The notes: generated by a model not told the origin, from the letters alone. DNA of 64,000 nucleotides from Hyphomicrobiaceae bacterium (GCA_046154585.1 JBJXDX010000157.1:34019-98018); one strand, 5' to 3'; shown: positions 10,020-21,532, numbered from the stretch's first letter. Program-made: numbers and translations.

Positions 10020-10787
10020 ATGGACGGGCAGATGCAACGTCTCGAAGGTCTCGTCGCACTCGTCACCGGCGCCGGCAACGGCATCGGACGCGGGATTGCG
10101 CGCCGGTTTGCCGTTGAGGGAGCCGTCGTTTTTGTTGCCGATGTCGACGGCGGCGCAGCCGAGACGGTGGCGCAGGAGCTTCGCAGCGAAGGTCGCACAG
10201 CAACGGCGCTCACGGCCGACGTGTCGCGCGGACAGGACGTCTCCGCCATGTTTCGCGCCGTGGCATCGGCGCACGGCCGGCTCGATGTGCTCGTCAACAA
10301 TGCCGGGCTGAACGTGCGCGGCGATTTCCGCCATCTGTCGGATGCCGACTGGGTGAAGATCCGGGAGGTAAACCTGGATGGCGTGGTGCGGGTGGCGCGG
10401 GACGGCTTCGATCTGCTGCGGGCCTCGGGCCGTGGTTCGCTCGTCAATGTGGCCTCGATCATGGGGCATCGTGGCCTGCGCCAGCTCACCGCCTATTCGG
10501 CCACCAAGGGTGCTGTGGCGGCGCTGACGCGCGGGCTGGCGGTGGAGTACGCGCCGTTCAACATCCGTGTGAACACGCTGTCGCCGGGCTTCGTCGAGAC
10601 AGCGTTGACGGGCCGGGTGCTGCGCAACCCGATGATGAGCAAGGCCCTGATCGACCAGACGCCGTTGCGGCGCTTCGGCACGGTCGAGGATATGGCCAAC
10701 GCGGCGCTGTTCTTTGCCTCCGACGAGTCCGCGTTCGTGACCGGCGCGGAACTGGCCGTCGACGGGGGCATGTCGGCGGGGCTATAG
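10020..10787 (+). CDS. SDR-family oxidoreductase
   Basis: TGAGNGIGRG Rossmann motif, NNAG motif, catalytic Y-x3-K. Confidence 0.85.
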   Translation: MDGQMQRLEGLVALVTGAGNGIGRGIARRFAVEGAVVFVADVDGGAAETVAQELRSEGRTATALTADVSRGQDVSAMFRAVASAHGRLDVLVNNAGLNVRGDFRHLSDADWVKIREVNLDGVVRVARDGFDLLRASGRGSLVNVASIMGHRGLRQLTAYSATKGAVAALTRGLAVEYAPFNIRVNTLSPGFVETALTGRVLRNPMMSKALIDQTPLRRFGTVEDMANAALFFASDESAFVTGAELAVDGGMSAGL

Positions 10788-10925
10788 GGTGCGGGCGTCC
10801 GCAGGGTTCCCGTTCGCACGGCGGGCGCATGTGTCTCACCTCGACCGCGCAGGCGCGACGCTGCGCTGCCCAATTCTGCCGATAATGTGCGCCCGTTCCC
10901 GCATCAGGAGGGTTGGCGAGGCAGT

Positions 10926-11543
10926 ATGCGAACGACGTTTGGATGGCGTATCGGCTGGATTGGTGTCGCGGCGGCGCTCTTGGCTTTCGGCCTGCAAACG
11001 CTGGCGGCGAGGGCCGACATCTATGCGTTCGACCGCGATCATACGAACATCACCTTCAGCTGGAACCATCTGGGCATCGCCCGGCAGTCGGCCCGTATCA
11101 TGGAGTTCGACGGCATCCTCGATTTCGATCCGGAAAATCCGGAGAATTCGTCGGTCGATGTGACGCTGAAGGTGGCGAGCCTGTTCACGGGCACGCGCTC
11201 GCTGGATCGCGACCTCAAGTCATCGGATTTCTTCGATGCCGCGCGCTATCCCGAGATCACCTTCAAGAGCGCCATCATTCGCCGGGTTGGCGAGCGCAGC
11301 GGCGAGGTAACGGGCGACTTGACGATCCTGGGCACCACGCACCCGGTCGCGCTGCAGGTGCGCTGGAATTTTTCCGGCGAGCATCCGCTGGGCGACATCA
11401 ACCCGGCCTACAAGGGGAAATACGTCGCAGGATTCTCGGCCGTGACAACAGTGCTGCGCAGTGCCTGGGGCCTCAAACGCGCGGTTCCACTCGTCTCGGA
11501 CGAGATCGAGGTGACCATCGAGGCCGAATTCCTGCGCAAGTAG
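10926..11543 (+). CDS. YceI-family periplasmic protein
   Basis: signal peptide plus the pattern ...FDRDHTNITFSWNHLG... Confidence 0.75.
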   Translation: MRTTFGWRIGWIGVAAALLAFGLQTLAARADIYAFDRDHTNITFSWNHLGIARQSARIMEFDGILDFDPENPENSSVDVTLKVASLFTGTRSLDRDLKSSDFFDAARYPEITFKSAIIRRVGERSGEVTGDLTILGTTHPVALQVRWNFSGEHPLGDINPAYKGKYVAGFSAVTTVLRSAWGLKRAVPLVSDEIEVTIEAEFLRK

Positions 11544-11688
11544 GGGGCGCTTGGCGTTCTCGCGTTTCGTCCAACCAATCTCGACGCGGACATGAAGGCG
11601 AGCAAGCTCGAGAAGGGACAATTGAGTAAATCCCCGCGGTCCGGCGATACTTGCTCAGTTGTGTGGCGCGGGCTGGATTTCAAAATCG

Positions 11689-12405
11689 ATGGCTGAGTTC
11701 TTTGGCGAGCCTGGAGTGGGCGGCGTTGCCTTCATCCTTCTTTCGGTGCTGGCCGGTGCCTTCGTCAAAGGATACAGCGGCTTCGGCGCCTCGATGATAT
11801 GGGTCGCTAGCCTTTCCCTCACGCTTCCCCCGCACCGCGTCGTGCCCATGGTGTTGCTGTGGGAGGTCGCGTCAAGCGTTCAATTGTTGCCGGAAGTATG
11901 GCGCAAGATTGAGTGGCGCTCTTTGGGTTGGCTTTTCATAGGCGCGTGCGTTGCGACGCCTGTTGGAGCCTACGTGCTGGCAATCGTGCCTTCCAATTCG
12001 ATACGGATCGGCATCGGGTTGATCGTGTTTGTTGGCAGCTATCTGATTTGGCGAGGTTATGCCTGGAAGGGTGAACCTGGCCCTTCGGCAACCATGGCGG
12101 TCGGAACAGCCTTCGGGCTTCTCAATGGCAGCACGGCTCTCGGCGGTCGGCCAGTGATCCTGTTCTATCTCGCAACGCCGACAGGAGCCGCGGTCGGGCG
12201 CGCTTCGATCATCGCCTTCTTCCTGGTCACGGACGCATTGGCGGCGTTTTTTCAGGCCGCAACCGGCGTTCTATCCCTCAGCACTGTATTGGCCGCTGCG
12301 CTGCTGCTGCCCGCGGTGATCCTTGGGACATGGATTGGAGCGCGTCATTTCATTGCAACTGAGCCTGAAGATTTCAAGCGGTTCTCGCTCGACGACCTAA
12401 GCTAG
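11689..12405 (+). CDS. TSUP (TauE/SafE) family membrane transporter
   Basis: ~240 aa, 7-8 TM, glycine-rich repeats typical of TauE/SafE. Confidence 0.7.
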   Translation: MAEFFGEPGVGGVAFILLSVLAGAFVKGYSGFGASMIWVASLSLTLPPHRVVPMVLLWEVASSVQLLPEVWRKIEWRSLGWLFIGACVATPVGAYVLAIVPSNSIRIGIGLIVFVGSYLIWRGYAWKGEPGPSATMAVGTAFGLLNGSTALGGRPVILFYLATPTGAAVGRASIIAFFLVTDALAAFFQAATGVLSLSTVLAAALLLPAVILGTWIGARHFIATEPEDFKRFSLDDLS

Positions 12406-13536
12406 GCCTTCGCAGGTTTCAGAAATCAGGTGGTCGACGACGGTTTTGAGGGCGTCGTCGCGGGAGGTGCCGTTGCGCATCGCTTCGTGGAAGCTGGCAA
12501 CCTGCCGGTCGGCGCTAGTGCCGCTGGAGATAATCTCGCGAGCGCGCAGGACGTGGGCCTCGCAGCCGAGGGCCGATGCATCCTCGCGGATCAGGTCCAG
12601 CACCTCCTCCATGAGCGAGGCGATGGGCACCAGCTCGCCCTTGCCGAAGTCGAACAGCGTGCCGCCGACGCCGTAGCGCTGGGCGCGCCAGCGGTTCTCC
12701 TCCAGCAGAAACACGGGATAGGAGCGCCAGCTCAGATTGTTGCGACGCAGCCGGAACAGCATGCGGCAGAGGCATTGGAAGAGCGCGGCCACCGTTAGCG
12801 CGTCCTGAAGGCGCGTGCAGACGTCGGTGACGCGCAGCTCGATGGTCTTGAACCGCGCCGACGGCCGCAAATCCCACCAGATCTTGGAGGCATCGTCGAT
12901 CACCTTGGCTTTGACGAGCACGTCGACCGTGCTGCGGTACTCGTCGAAGCTGCCGAACCGGCCGGGAAGTCCCGTGCGCGGCAGCTCGCGGAAGATGGCG
13001 AGGCGCCAGCTCTTGAGCCCCGTGTCCTCGCCCTCCCAGAAGGGTGAGGATGTTGCCAGCACGAGGAGGTGGGGCAGGAAATAGCGCGCCTGATTGATGA
13101 GATCGATGCGCAGCTCGTCGTCCTCGATGCCGACGTGCACGTGCATGCCGCAGACCACGAGGCGCCGTCCGACACCGGCGAGATCGGTGGCGAGCACATG
13201 ATACCGATCCTTGTCGGTGTGGAGCTGCTGGGCGGCGCAGGCAAAGGGATGCGTCGAGGCCGCGATGGGGGCCAGGCCGTTGCGCGCCGCCTCCGACGCG
13301 ATGGTGCCGCGCAGCCGCACCAGCTCGCTGTGGGCCTCGGGAATAGTCCGGCAGGGGCGAGTGCCGATCTCGATCTGCGAGCGCAGAAATTCGGGGCTCA
13401 CCTGGCCACCGAGCTTGGCTTCGCACGCGGCCATCAGCGCCGTCGGCGCTTCGGCAACAAGGTCGCGGGTCTGGCGATCGACGAGGTGATATTCCTCCTC
13501 TATGCCGACGGTAAATGTGGGCTCGATCAGCGACAT
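12397..13536 (-). CDS. ybdK: carboxylate-amine ligase (YbdK / glutamate-cysteine ligase family 2)
   Basis: GIEEEY...HVHVGI motifs of the GCS2 family. Confidence 0.8.
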   Translation of the reverse strand: MSLIEPTFTVGIEEEYHLVDRQTRDLVAEAPTALMAACEAKLGGQVSPEFLRSQIEIGTRPCRTIPEAHSELVRLRGTIASEAARNGLAPIAASTHPFACAAQQLHTDKDRYHVLATDLAGVGRRLVVCGMHVHVGIEDDELRIDLINQARYFLPHLLVLATSSPFWEGEDTGLKSWRLAIFRELPRTGLPGRFGSFDEYRSTVDVLVKAKVIDDASKIWWDLRPSARFKTIELRVTDVCTRLQDALTVAALFQCLCRMLFRLRRNNLSWRSYPVFLLEENRWRAQRYGVGGTLFDFGKGELVPIASLMEEVLDLIREDASALGCEAHVLRAREIISSGTSADRQVASFHEAMRNGTSRDDALKTVVDHLISETCEGLA

Positions 13537-13766
13537 GGCGCGCATGCTTTCATGAGTGCCTGCGGCAGGCAATGGCGGCCTGTGACGGGTGTCGGCCCTT
13601 TGGGGCGGGGCGATAATAGGGACGGCTCACCCCTCTGGCCCTGGTCGCAACAATGCCCTATAAGCGCCCACCATCACGCCCAGTCATGCGATAATGACGC
13701 AAAACCAGCGGCACGGCGGCCATGCGGGCCGGCGTCCCGCCGCAGCATTGGATTTAGGAGAGTGTC

Positions 13767-15164
13767 ATGCCGGCACCGTGGTCGCCCGAAAGCTGGAGAG
13801 GCAAGCCCATCGTCCAGGTGCCGGACTTTGCTGACCAGGCTGCCCTTGCCGATGTCGAATCCAAGCTTGCCACGTATCCGCCGTTGGTTTTTGCAGGCGA
13901 GGCCCGCCAGCTGAAGAAGGCTTTGGCCGACGTGGCTGCTGGCAACGGATTCCTGCTCCAGGGGGGCGACTGCGCCGAAAGCTTCCTGGAGCATCGCGCC
14001 GACAACATCCGCGATTTCTTCCGCGTCTTCCTGCAGATGGCCGTGGTGTTGACCTACGCCGGTGGCTCGCCGGTGGTGAAGGTGGGCCGCGTCGCCGGCC
14101 AGTTCGCCAAGCCGCGCTCGTCGCCGATGGAGAAGAAGGACGGCAAGGAGTTGCCGAGCTATCGTGGCGACATCATCAACGGTCCGGAGTTCACGGCGGA
14201 AGCGCGCCGGCCCGATCCGCAGCGGCAGCTCGAGGCCTATCGCCAGTCGGCGGCCACGCTGAACCTGATCCGCGCCTTCGCGCAGGGCGGCTATGCCGAT
14301 CTCGAGCGTGTGCATCAGTGGACGCTCGGGTTCGTCAAGGACAGCCCGCAGAGCCACCGCTACGAGGAATTGGGCGGCCGGATCACCGAGACGCTGGGCT
14401 TCATGCGCGCGTGCGGCATCACGTCGGAGAACACGCCGCAGCTCAGGACGACGAACTTCTACACGAGCCATGAGGCGCTGCTGCTCGGCTACGAGCAGGC
14501 CATGACGCGGCTCGATTCGACGTCGGGCGATTGGTACGCCACGTCGGGCCACATGATCTGGATCGGCGATCGCACGCGCCAGCCCGACCATGCGCACGTC
14601 GAGTACTGCCGCGGCGTGAAGAACCCGATCGGCCTGAAGTGCGGCCCGTCGCTGGAGCCCGATACACTGCTGCGCCTGATCGATATGCTCAATCCGAAGG
14701 ATGAGGCTGGGCGCCTGACGCTGATCTGCCGCTTCGGCTCGGACAAGGTGGAGAAGCAGCTGCCGAAGTTGATCCGCGCCGTGCAGCGTGCCGGCCGCAC
14801 CGTCGTGTGGTCGTGCGATCCGATGCACGGCAACACGATCAGCGCTGCGAACGGTTACAAGACGCGGCCGTTCGATCGGATTCTGAGCGAGGTGGAGCAG
14901 TTCTTCGCTGTTCACCGCAGCGAGGGGACGCACGCCGGCGGCATCCACATCGAGATGACCGGGCAGAACGTCACCGAGTGCACCGGCGGCGCCATGGCGA
15001 TCAGCGAGACAGATCTGATGGACCGCTATCACACGCACTGCGACCCGCGCCTCAACGCGGACCAGGCGCTGGAGCTGGCGTTCCTGATGGCCGAACGGCT
15101 GAAGCAGGAGCGCGAGACCCGTACCGGCGTGCTGCGCGAGGTGCCGACGGCGGCGGCGGAGTAG
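13767..15164 (+). CDS. 3-deoxy-7-phosphoheptulonate (DAHP) synthase, class II
   Basis: 465 aa; N-terminus [17 protein letters not shown] and overall class II AroA(II) pattern. Confidence 0.88.
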   Translation: MPAPWSPESWRGKPIVQVPDFADQAALADVESKLATYPPLVFAGEARQLKKALADVAAGNGFLLQGGDCAESFLEHRADNIRDFFRVFLQMAVVLTYAGGSPVVKVGRVAGQFAKPRSSPMEKKDGKELPSYRGDIINGPEFTAEARRPDPQRQLEAYRQSAATLNLIRAFAQGGYADLERVHQWTLGFVKDSPQSHRYEELGGRITETLGFMRACGITSENTPQLRTTNFYTSHEALLLGYEQAMTRLDSTSGDWYATSGHMIWIGDRTRQPDHAHVEYCRGVKNPIGLKCGPSLEPDTLLRLIDMLNPKDEAGRLTLICRFGSDKVEKQLPKLIRAVQRAGRTVVWSCDPMHGNTISAANGYKTRPFDRILSEVEQFFAVHRSEGTHAGGIHIEMTGQNVTECTGGAMAISETDLMDRYHTHCDPRLNADQALELAFLMAERLKQERETRTGVLREVPTAAAE

Positions 15165-15176
15165 GATCCCGACTGA

Positions 15177-15208
15177 TGTATGGACCGCCGGAAATGGCGG
15201 TTCATACA
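15177..15208 (+). terminator. hairpin TGTATGGACCGCC-GGAAAT-GGCGGTTCATACA after the DAHP synthase gene
   Basis: 13-bp near-perfect inverted repeat. Confidence 0.45.
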
Positions 15209-15262
15209 AGCCATGCAACTGCCGCGTTGCGCGAAGGGTGGGGCCGCCCCTAAATACAGGGT

Positions 15263-17005
15263 ATGGCAAACGCAACGACGCTCAAGATAGCCCTGGCGCA
15301 ACTCAATCCGGTCCTCGGCGACATCGCCGGGAACGTGGAAAAGCTGAAACGTGCGCGCAACGAGGCGGCGGTTCAGGCTGCCGATCTCGTGCTTTATCCG
15401 GAGCTGTTCGTCACCGGCTATCCGCCGGAGGACCTTGTGCGCAAGCCAGCATTTGCGGCGGCATCGCGCGCGGCGGTCGAGCAGCTGGCGGAGGAACTGG
15501 GGCCTGGGCCCGCAGTGCTCGTCGGCTGCGTCTGGCCGGAGGGCGACAAGGTCTACAACGCGGTGGCGCTCATCGATGACGGGCGTATTGCAGCCGTACG
15601 TTTCAAGGTCGATCTCCCCAACTACGGCGTGTTCGACGAGAAGCGCGTGTTCGATGCCGGGCCGTTGCCGGGCCCGATCAGCTTCCGCGGCGTGAAGATC
15701 GGAGTGCCGATCTGCGAGGACATCTGGAAGGAAGAGGTGTGCGAATGCCTCGATGAGTGCGGGGCCGAGATTTTGCTCGTGCCCAACGGATCGCCCTTCG
15801 ACTGGAAGAAGCCGGATGTGCGGCTGAACATCGTCGCGGCGCGTGTCACCGAGACTAGCTTGCCGCTGGCCTATCTGAACCAGATCGGCGGGCAGGACGA
15901 ACTGGTGTTCGACGGCGCCTCCTTCGTTGTCAATCCGGGCGTGGCGCTGGCTGTGCAGATGCCGGCCTGGGAGGAGTCGATCGTCCTCACCGAATGGGAG
16001 AAGGGTCCGGATGGCTGGCGCTGCAAGCCGGGGCTCAAGGCGACGATCGAGGAGGACGACGCCGCGGCATATCACGCCTGTGTGCTGGGCCTGCGCGACT
16101 ACGTGGGCAAGAACGGATTTCCCGGCGTTGTGCTCGGCCTGTCGGGCGGTATCGACTCGGCGATGGTGGCGGCCATCTCGGTCGATGCGCTAGGCCCCGA
16201 GCGCGTGCACTGCGTGATGCTGCCCTATCGCTACACGTCGAACGAGAGCCTGTCGGATGCGGCCCAGTGCGCCGAGGCGCTGGGCGTGCGCTACGACACG
16301 GTGCCGATCGCGCCGGCGGTGGACGGGCTTTACGGCATGCTCATGCCGATCTTCAAAGGCCGCAAGCCGGACCTCGCGGAGGAGAACGTACAGAGCCGCG
16401 TGCGCGGCACCACTTTGATGGCCATCTCCAACAAGCTCGGCGGGATGCTCGTCACGACCGGCAACAAGAGCGAGATGTCGGTCGGCTACGCTACGATTTA
16501 TGGCGACATGAACGGCGGCTTCAATCCCATCAAGGATCTCTACAAGATGGAGGTCTACCGGTTGTCGCGCTGGCGCAATTCGCATTTGTCGAAGGGGGCG
16601 CTGGGTCCGCGCGGCGTTGTCATTCCGGAAAATATTCTTTCCAAGCCACCAACTGCGGAGCTGCGGGAGAACCAGAAAGACCAGGATTCGCTGCCACCCT
16701 ATGAGGAACTGGACGATATCCTTGCGTGCCTGGTCGAGAACGAGATGCCGCTGCCGGAGATCATCGCGCGGGGACATGCGCCCGAAACGGTGAAGAAGAT
16801 CGAGCGGCTGCTGTATCTCGCGGAGTACAAGCGCCGGCAAGCGGCACCGGGCGTGAAGATTTCCTCGCGCAGCTTCGGGCGCGATAGGCGTTACCCGATC
16901 ACCAACAAGTTCCGCGAAGATCTCTCGCCAGGCATGGCGACCGGCAAGACCGCGTCCGCGCCCAGCATGGTCGCACCACGCGCTGACGGTAGCGACGTCG
17001 CCTGA
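15263..17005 (+). CDS. nadE: glutamine-dependent NAD+ synthetase (nitrilase domain + NAD synthetase domain)
   Basis: N-terminal CN-hydrolase domain; C-terminal SGGIDS PP-loop. Confidence 0.9.
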   Translation: MANATTLKIALAQLNPVLGDIAGNVEKLKRARNEAAVQAADLVLYPELFVTGYPPEDLVRKPAFAAASRAAVEQLAEELGPGPAVLVGCVWPEGDKVYNAVALIDDGRIAAVRFKVDLPNYGVFDEKRVFDAGPLPGPISFRGVKIGVPICEDIWKEEVCECLDECGAEILLVPNGSPFDWKKPDVRLNIVAARVTETSLPLAYLNQIGGQDELVFDGASFVVNPGVALAVQMPAWEESIVLTEWEKGPDGWRCKPGLKATIEEDDAAAYHACVLGLRDYVGKNGFPGVVLGLSGGIDSAMVAAISVDALGPERVHCVMLPYRYTSNESLSDAAQCAEALGVRYDTVPIAPAVDGLYGMLMPIFKGRKPDLAEENVQSRVRGTTLMAISNKLGGMLVTTGNKSEMSVGYATIYGDMNGGFNPIKDLYKMEVYRLSRWRNSHLSKGALGPRGVVIPENILSKPPTAELRENQKDQDSLPPYEELDDILACLVENEMPLPEIIARGHAPETVKKIERLLYLAEYKRRQAAPGVKISSRSFGRDRRYPITNKFREDLSPGMATGKTASAPSMVAPRADGSDVA

Positions 17006-17014
17006 GCCTCACGC

Positions 17015-18292
17015 CTAAAACTTGATGCGCGCGCCCGTGATGAAGGCGACCCAGGGCTCGGTCGGCAGCTCGACGAGGTTGCTCGGATCGCCGCCGCAGT
17101 TGTTGGGAAAGTTGCCGGGGTTGGCGTCGCAGGGAAAGCCGATGATGGTGGCCTCGTAGCGATGCGCCTGGGCGTAGAGAAGCAGGCCGGTGTCGTCGAA
17201 GGCCTGCTCGATGCCGGCGCCCCAGCGAACCACCTCGGTCTGCGAGAGCGTGCCCCAAATCACCAGGGCGCCAGTGTGCGGATCGACGCGGAGAAGCTCG
17301 CCCACGTTGAAGTTCTTGTAGAGGCCGTAGTCGGCGAAGATCGTGGTTCGGCCGTAGGGGAGCCACTGCTTGCTGATCCCGACCTGGCCGTAGTGAAAGA
17401 ACGCCGTGTCGTGCGCGCTCAGCACGGAGACGTCGTCGTCGCGAATGCCACCTGCGACGGACACGTAGAGGCCGGTTTCATTGTGGATGAGGGACGCCGA
17501 GCCGCGCACATCCTTGAAGTCGCGCTCACGATCATCCATGAACCCGGCACCGGCGGCGAAGCGAAAGCCAACCGCGCTCGCCTGATAGCGCAGCGCCACA
17601 TCCCAGATGTCATTCTCGCCCCAGGCACCGGACAGGACGAAACCGGCCAGCATCGGCGTGTCGTAACGAACGAGGTTGCCGCGGAGGGAATCGACATTGT
17701 GAGCGATGTCGCCCCACCTGAGGTCGGTGACAAGGCCGCCGCCGATGGCGAGCGGTATGGCGCTGTTGGTGTTGTAGTGCAGGGCAGCGTCGTTCATCTG
17801 GCTGCCGAGATTGATGATCGTGATGTCGTCGGTCGCCGGCGACTGATGCCCGAGCGACAAACGGCCGGCACGATCGTCCTCGACGTAGACGTAGGCGTGG
17901 CGCAGGTGCGCGGGGCTATCTGAAATGCTGGTCGCGCCGGATCCGGAGTGCCGCGAAAGCGGATCGATCTCGAACTCGATGCGGTAGCCGACGGTCGGGG
18001 CCGATCGCGAGGTGGTCCGGCCCATGATGCCGAAGCGGCTCGACGAGGTGTCGTTGTCGATGACGCGCATGCCGGACTTGAAGCCGTCGTCCCAGAACAT
18101 GATGGCCTGATTGACCTGCCCATAGATATGCATGGTGAGCTTCCGATCGCCGGCGCGCAGTGACGCCGCTTCCAACTCGGCAATCCGCTGCTCGAGGGCT
18201 GCGTGCTCCTCATGCTCCAATGCGGACCCTGCAGCGGTCTGGGACACGGACGCCTCTGCCAACGACAGGACGAGAAAAACGAACCTACGCAT
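17015..18292 (-). CDS. outer-membrane porin (alphaproteobacterial porin family)
   Basis: signal peptide, N-terminal coiled coil, beta-strand-rich, C-terminal Phe (...GARIKF). Confidence 0.7.
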   Translation of the reverse strand: MRRFVFLVLSLAEASVSQTAAGSALEHEEHAALEQRIAELEAASLRAGDRKLTMHIYGQVNQAIMFWDDGFKSGMRVIDNDTSSSRFGIMGRTTSRSAPTVGYRIEFEIDPLSRHSGSGATSISDSPAHLRHAYVYVEDDRAGRLSLGHQSPATDDITIINLGSQMNDAALHYNTNSAIPLAIGGGLVTDLRWGDIAHNVDSLRGNLVRYDTPMLAGFVLSGAWGENDIWDVALRYQASAVGFRFAAGAGFMDDRERDFKDVRGSASLIHNETGLYVSVAGGIRDDDVSVLSAHDTAFFHYGQVGISKQWLPYGRTTIFADYGLYKNFNVGELLRVDPHTGALVIWGTLSQTEVVRWGAGIEQAFDDTGLLLYAQAHRYEATIIGFPCDANPGNFPNNCGGDPSNLVELPTEPWVAFITGARIKF

Positions 18293-18406
18293 GACGCGTA
18301 CGAGACTCCTATTGAGTGGCCGGAAATAGAAGGCTGCCGTACTGGATCTATCGTGCTGTCCGTTATGTGCGCATAGTTCCCGCCCAGACGACGACGGCGT
18401 GAGTTG

Positions 18407-19066
18407 CTATCTGCTGCTAGGCGTCCCAACGAACGGCTCGTCGGCGGTCGGCCAGGCCTGATTGCCGCCCAGCGACGAGATGCGTGATCGGGGAATGAGT
18501 GCTACGGACGCTTCCCGCGGTAGAGCGCGCGTCTCCGGCGCCAGCGCCAAGCGCGGCGGCGCAGTGCGGCGGCGATCCGGTTCGAGTTTTCCTGCGGAGG
18601 CCGTGGCGCGTCGCGCGGCCTTGCCGGGCGGTGTGTTCTCACGAGTTCGGCCCGCGACGACAGGGTCAGGTGTCCGATCCGATGGAGGCAGGTATTCAAG
18701 ATTAGGCTGGGCGCTGGACACCCGAGCATCCAAACTGATCTGGCGCAGCACCTCGGCCTGCGCCCGTCCGTCTGGAATGCGATAAACGACGATTCGACGT
18801 TCGAGCACCTGTGAACTGCGGCGCTCTATGGGTTCGAGGCGGTAGTGGGTCGCCACATCCTGCTCCGTGCTGTCGGGGGCCGCGAGAGGGATCGTCACGA
18901 CAATCGAAGCGGCGGTTGTTGGCGACTCGCCGGCATGGGCCGTTGCGAAGCCCGTCATGACGACGAGAAACAGGACCAAAGCCAGGAGGATGGCGGATGT
19001 GATTCGCCCCTCAGCCGGTGCTTCGGCGGCGCCAAACTGCATGTGAGTCGCGCTGGCGATCTGCAT
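18407..19066 (-). CDS. hypothetical membrane-anchored Pro/Arg-rich protein
   Basis: N-terminal TM/signal segment ILLALVLFLVVMTGFATAHA; low-complexity C-terminus; start placed at the internal ATG. Confidence 0.4.
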   Translation of the reverse strand: MQIASATHMQFGAAEAPAEGRITSAILLALVLFLVVMTGFATAHAGESPTTAASIVVTIPLAAPDSTEQDVATHYRLEPIERRSSQVLERRIVVYRIPDGRAQAEVLRQISLDARVSSAQPNLEYLPPSDRTPDPVVAGRTRENTPPGKAARRATASAGKLEPDRRRTAPPRLALAPETRALPREASVALIPRSRISSLGGNQAWPTADEPFVGTPSSR

Positions 19067-19375
19067 CGCGCAAAGCTCTCGGGCGTTTAAGTCCGGTTTC
19101 CGCTGTATTTGCGGACTGGCTTTTCGGCGCTGGCCCCCCACACACCCAGCTCCCACCGTTATGCTACCTGATCGCCAGCAGGCCGGACAGGCATGAGATT
19201 TGCCGTCCTCCTCTTCGGTGCGGAGTGCGACGATCTTGCAACGGGTTGCATCGCGCCAACCTTGCGCAAACCGCCAATTTGTTCCATGCCGACCGCCCCG
19301 GTTATGCCCGCCCGGCGTGTTCGCGCTAAACTGGGCTTCTGCCGGTTGAACCGAGTGTTGGAAGCTATAGAGCCC

Positions 19376-20746
19376 ATGTCGCCCATCGTCCGGTTTGCAC
19401 CGAGCCCAACGGGCCGGCTTCACATTGGCAACATCCGCACCGCGCTGCTGAACTGGCTGTTCGCGGCGAAGGCCGATGGAACCTTCCTCCTGCGCCTCGA
19501 CGATACGGACCGGGAGCGCTCGACGGAGGAGAATGCGGACGGCATCCGGCGCGACCTCGCGTGGCTCGGCCTCAACTCGGCGCGCGAGGAGCGCCAGTCG
19601 ACGCGGCTGGAGCGCTATGCGGTGGCGGCGGAGACGCTGAAGGCGGCCGGCCGGCTCTACCCTTGCTACGAGACGGAGGATGAGCTAGCGCGCAAACGCA
19701 AGCGCCGCATGGCGCGCGGCCTGCCTCCGATCTATGACCGCGCCGGCCTTCGGCTCGACCCGGCAGAGCGCGCACGCCTGGAGGCCGATGGCGTTCGCCC
19801 GCATTGGCGCTTCCGGCTCAGCAACACTGACGCCGGCAACCCGCTCGAGCCCGTGCCCACACTTGTCGAATGGAACGACCTCGTGCGGGGGCACCATGCC
19901 ATCGATGTCGGCTCCCTTTCCGACCCCGTGCTGATCCGTGCCGACGGCACGCCGCTCTATACGTTCACCAGCGTCGTCGATGATATCGACTTCGGCGTCA
20001 CGCACGTCATCCGGGGCGAGGACCACGTCACCAACACCGGCGTCCAGATCCAATTGTTCGAGGCATTCGGGGCCGCGCCGCCACAGTTCGCGCATCATAG
20101 TCTGCTCGTGAGCGGCGACGGGCAGGCACTTTCAAAGCGCCTGGGCGCGCTATCGGTGGAAAGCTTCCGTGATATGGGTCTCGAGCCCATGGCGGTTGCC
20201 AGTCACGCCGCACTTGTCGGTACGTCGGATGCGATCGCGCCGCGGGCGGAGCTGAGCGAGCTCGTCGAGACATTCGATCTCGGCAAGTTGTCGCGATCAC
20301 CGGGCCGGTTCGACGTGGAGGAGCTGAAGGCGCTCAACGCCAAGCTGCTGCATCATCTGCCCTATGCCGCCGTTGCCGACCGTCTGAAGGCTATGGGCGT
20401 GCCCGGTGGAGCCGATTTCTGGGAGGCGGTGCGGGGCAACCTCGAGGTGTTCGCCGACGTCCAGAAATGGTGGAGCGTGGTGGCGGGACCGGTGACGCCG
20501 GTCGTCGAGGACGCAGCGCTGGCGAGCCGTGCGGCCGGGTTGCTGCCGGCGGAGCCGTGGGATGCGACGACCTGGAGTGCATGGACGGACGCAGTCAAAG
20601 CCGCCACGGGAACGAAGGGGCGGGCGCTGTTCCATCCCTTGCGGCTTGCTCTGACCGGGCACGAGGCCGGCCCCGAGCTCAAGGCGCTGCTGCCGCTGAT
20701 CGGGAGGACGCGGGCAGTCGAAAGATTGAATGGTCGGGTTGGGTGA
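19376..20746 (+). CDS. gltX: glutamate--tRNA ligase
   Basis: class I HIGN motif ([15 protein letters not shown]) and KMSKS-like ALSKR motif; start placed at MSPIVRF. Confidence 0.88.
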   Translation: MSPIVRFAPSPTGRLHIGNIRTALLNWLFAAKADGTFLLRLDDTDRERSTEENADGIRRDLAWLGLNSAREERQSTRLERYAVAAETLKAAGRLYPCYETEDELARKRKRRMARGLPPIYDRAGLRLDPAERARLEADGVRPHWRFRLSNTDAGNPLEPVPTLVEWNDLVRGHHAIDVGSLSDPVLIRADGTPLYTFTSVVDDIDFGVTHVIRGEDHVTNTGVQIQLFEAFGAAPPQFAHHSLLVSGDGQALSKRLGALSVESFRDMGLEPMAVASHAALVGTSDAIAPRAELSELVETFDLGKLSRSPGRFDVEELKALNAKLLHHLPYAAVADRLKAMGVPGGADFWEAVRGNLEVFADVQKWWSVVAGPVTPVVEDAALASRAAGLLPAEPWDATTWSAWTDAVKAATGTKGRALFHPLRLALTGHEAGPELKALLPLIGRTRAVERLNGRVG

Positions 20747-20760
20747 CGCTAGGCGCCACA

Positions 20761-21390
20761 TCACATATCGATCAGGCGCTCGTCGACGGTGGCGTGGGCG
20801 CATGGCATCGCGCACTCGTGCTCCTTTGCCGACGTTTCAGCTACTAGCACTGGCGCGACGACAGCCGGGCGCTTGCGCATGTAGGTCACGGGCATGGTCT
20901 GCTCACCCATGACCACATGGACGCCGTAGGACGTCACGTCGTAGCCCAGCTTCTCGAAAAAGCCGACGGAGTTGAGGGTGGCGCGGGTGCTGAAGCGCTC
21001 GAAGCCGGCGGCCGACGCGCGGGCCTCGGCGTCGCGCACGAGCCGGAGCCCGATGCCGGCACGCGTGAACAGCGGACGAACGAACACCGAGGTAATGCGC
21101 GCCTGCGTGCCGCTGTCGTCGGCGGGTGTCCAGCCGGCCGTGCCGACGAGCTCGTCATCGAGCCATGCCGCGTGCATGCTCTCCCACATCAGCCGCTCGG
21201 CGTAGGTCTCGGACCGGACGAACGCGGTGAAGGCGTCGATCTCGTTGGGGGTGGAGAAGCTGGCAGAAAGCAGCCTGAAGGCCGTGCTGTGCACGTAGCG
21301 GATGTTGGCCCAATCATCAACGCCAACGGGCCGGATCAAGATCCGGTCAGAGAGCGCAAGATCCGCTGTGAACCTCGCTTCGCTCGACAT
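20761..21390 (-). CDS. GNAT-family N-acetyltransferase
   Basis: acetyl-CoA-binding R/Q-x-x-G-x-G/A-like segment (RPLFTRAGIG). Confidence 0.65.
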   Translation of the reverse strand: MSSEARFTADLALSDRILIRPVGVDDWANIRYVHSTAFRLLSASFSTPNEIDAFTAFVRSETYAERLMWESMHAAWLDDELVGTAGWTPADDSGTQARITSVFVRPLFTRAGIGLRLVRDAEARASAAGFERFSTRATLNSVGFFEKLGYDVTSYGVHVVMGEQTMPVTYMRKRPAVVAPVLVAETSAKEHECAMPCAHATVDERLIDM

Positions 21391-21532
21391 GAACGACCCG
21401 CAACTCGTCTAAGCGCAGGACTGCGCGACCAATTAGTACACGATCTATCCAGCGCTGCGAAGTCGGTTGATGCCCACTGCGGACAAGTATGTGATGTTTT
21501 TCTGCAACACGCAGATGCGAATGGCTCGCGCT

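Noticed and set aside
19067-19375. T-box or other leader upstream of gltX
   Set aside because: No specifier-loop/T-box consensus (AATTAGGGTGGNACCGCG) was recognisable. T-boxes are essentially absent from alphaproteobacteria.
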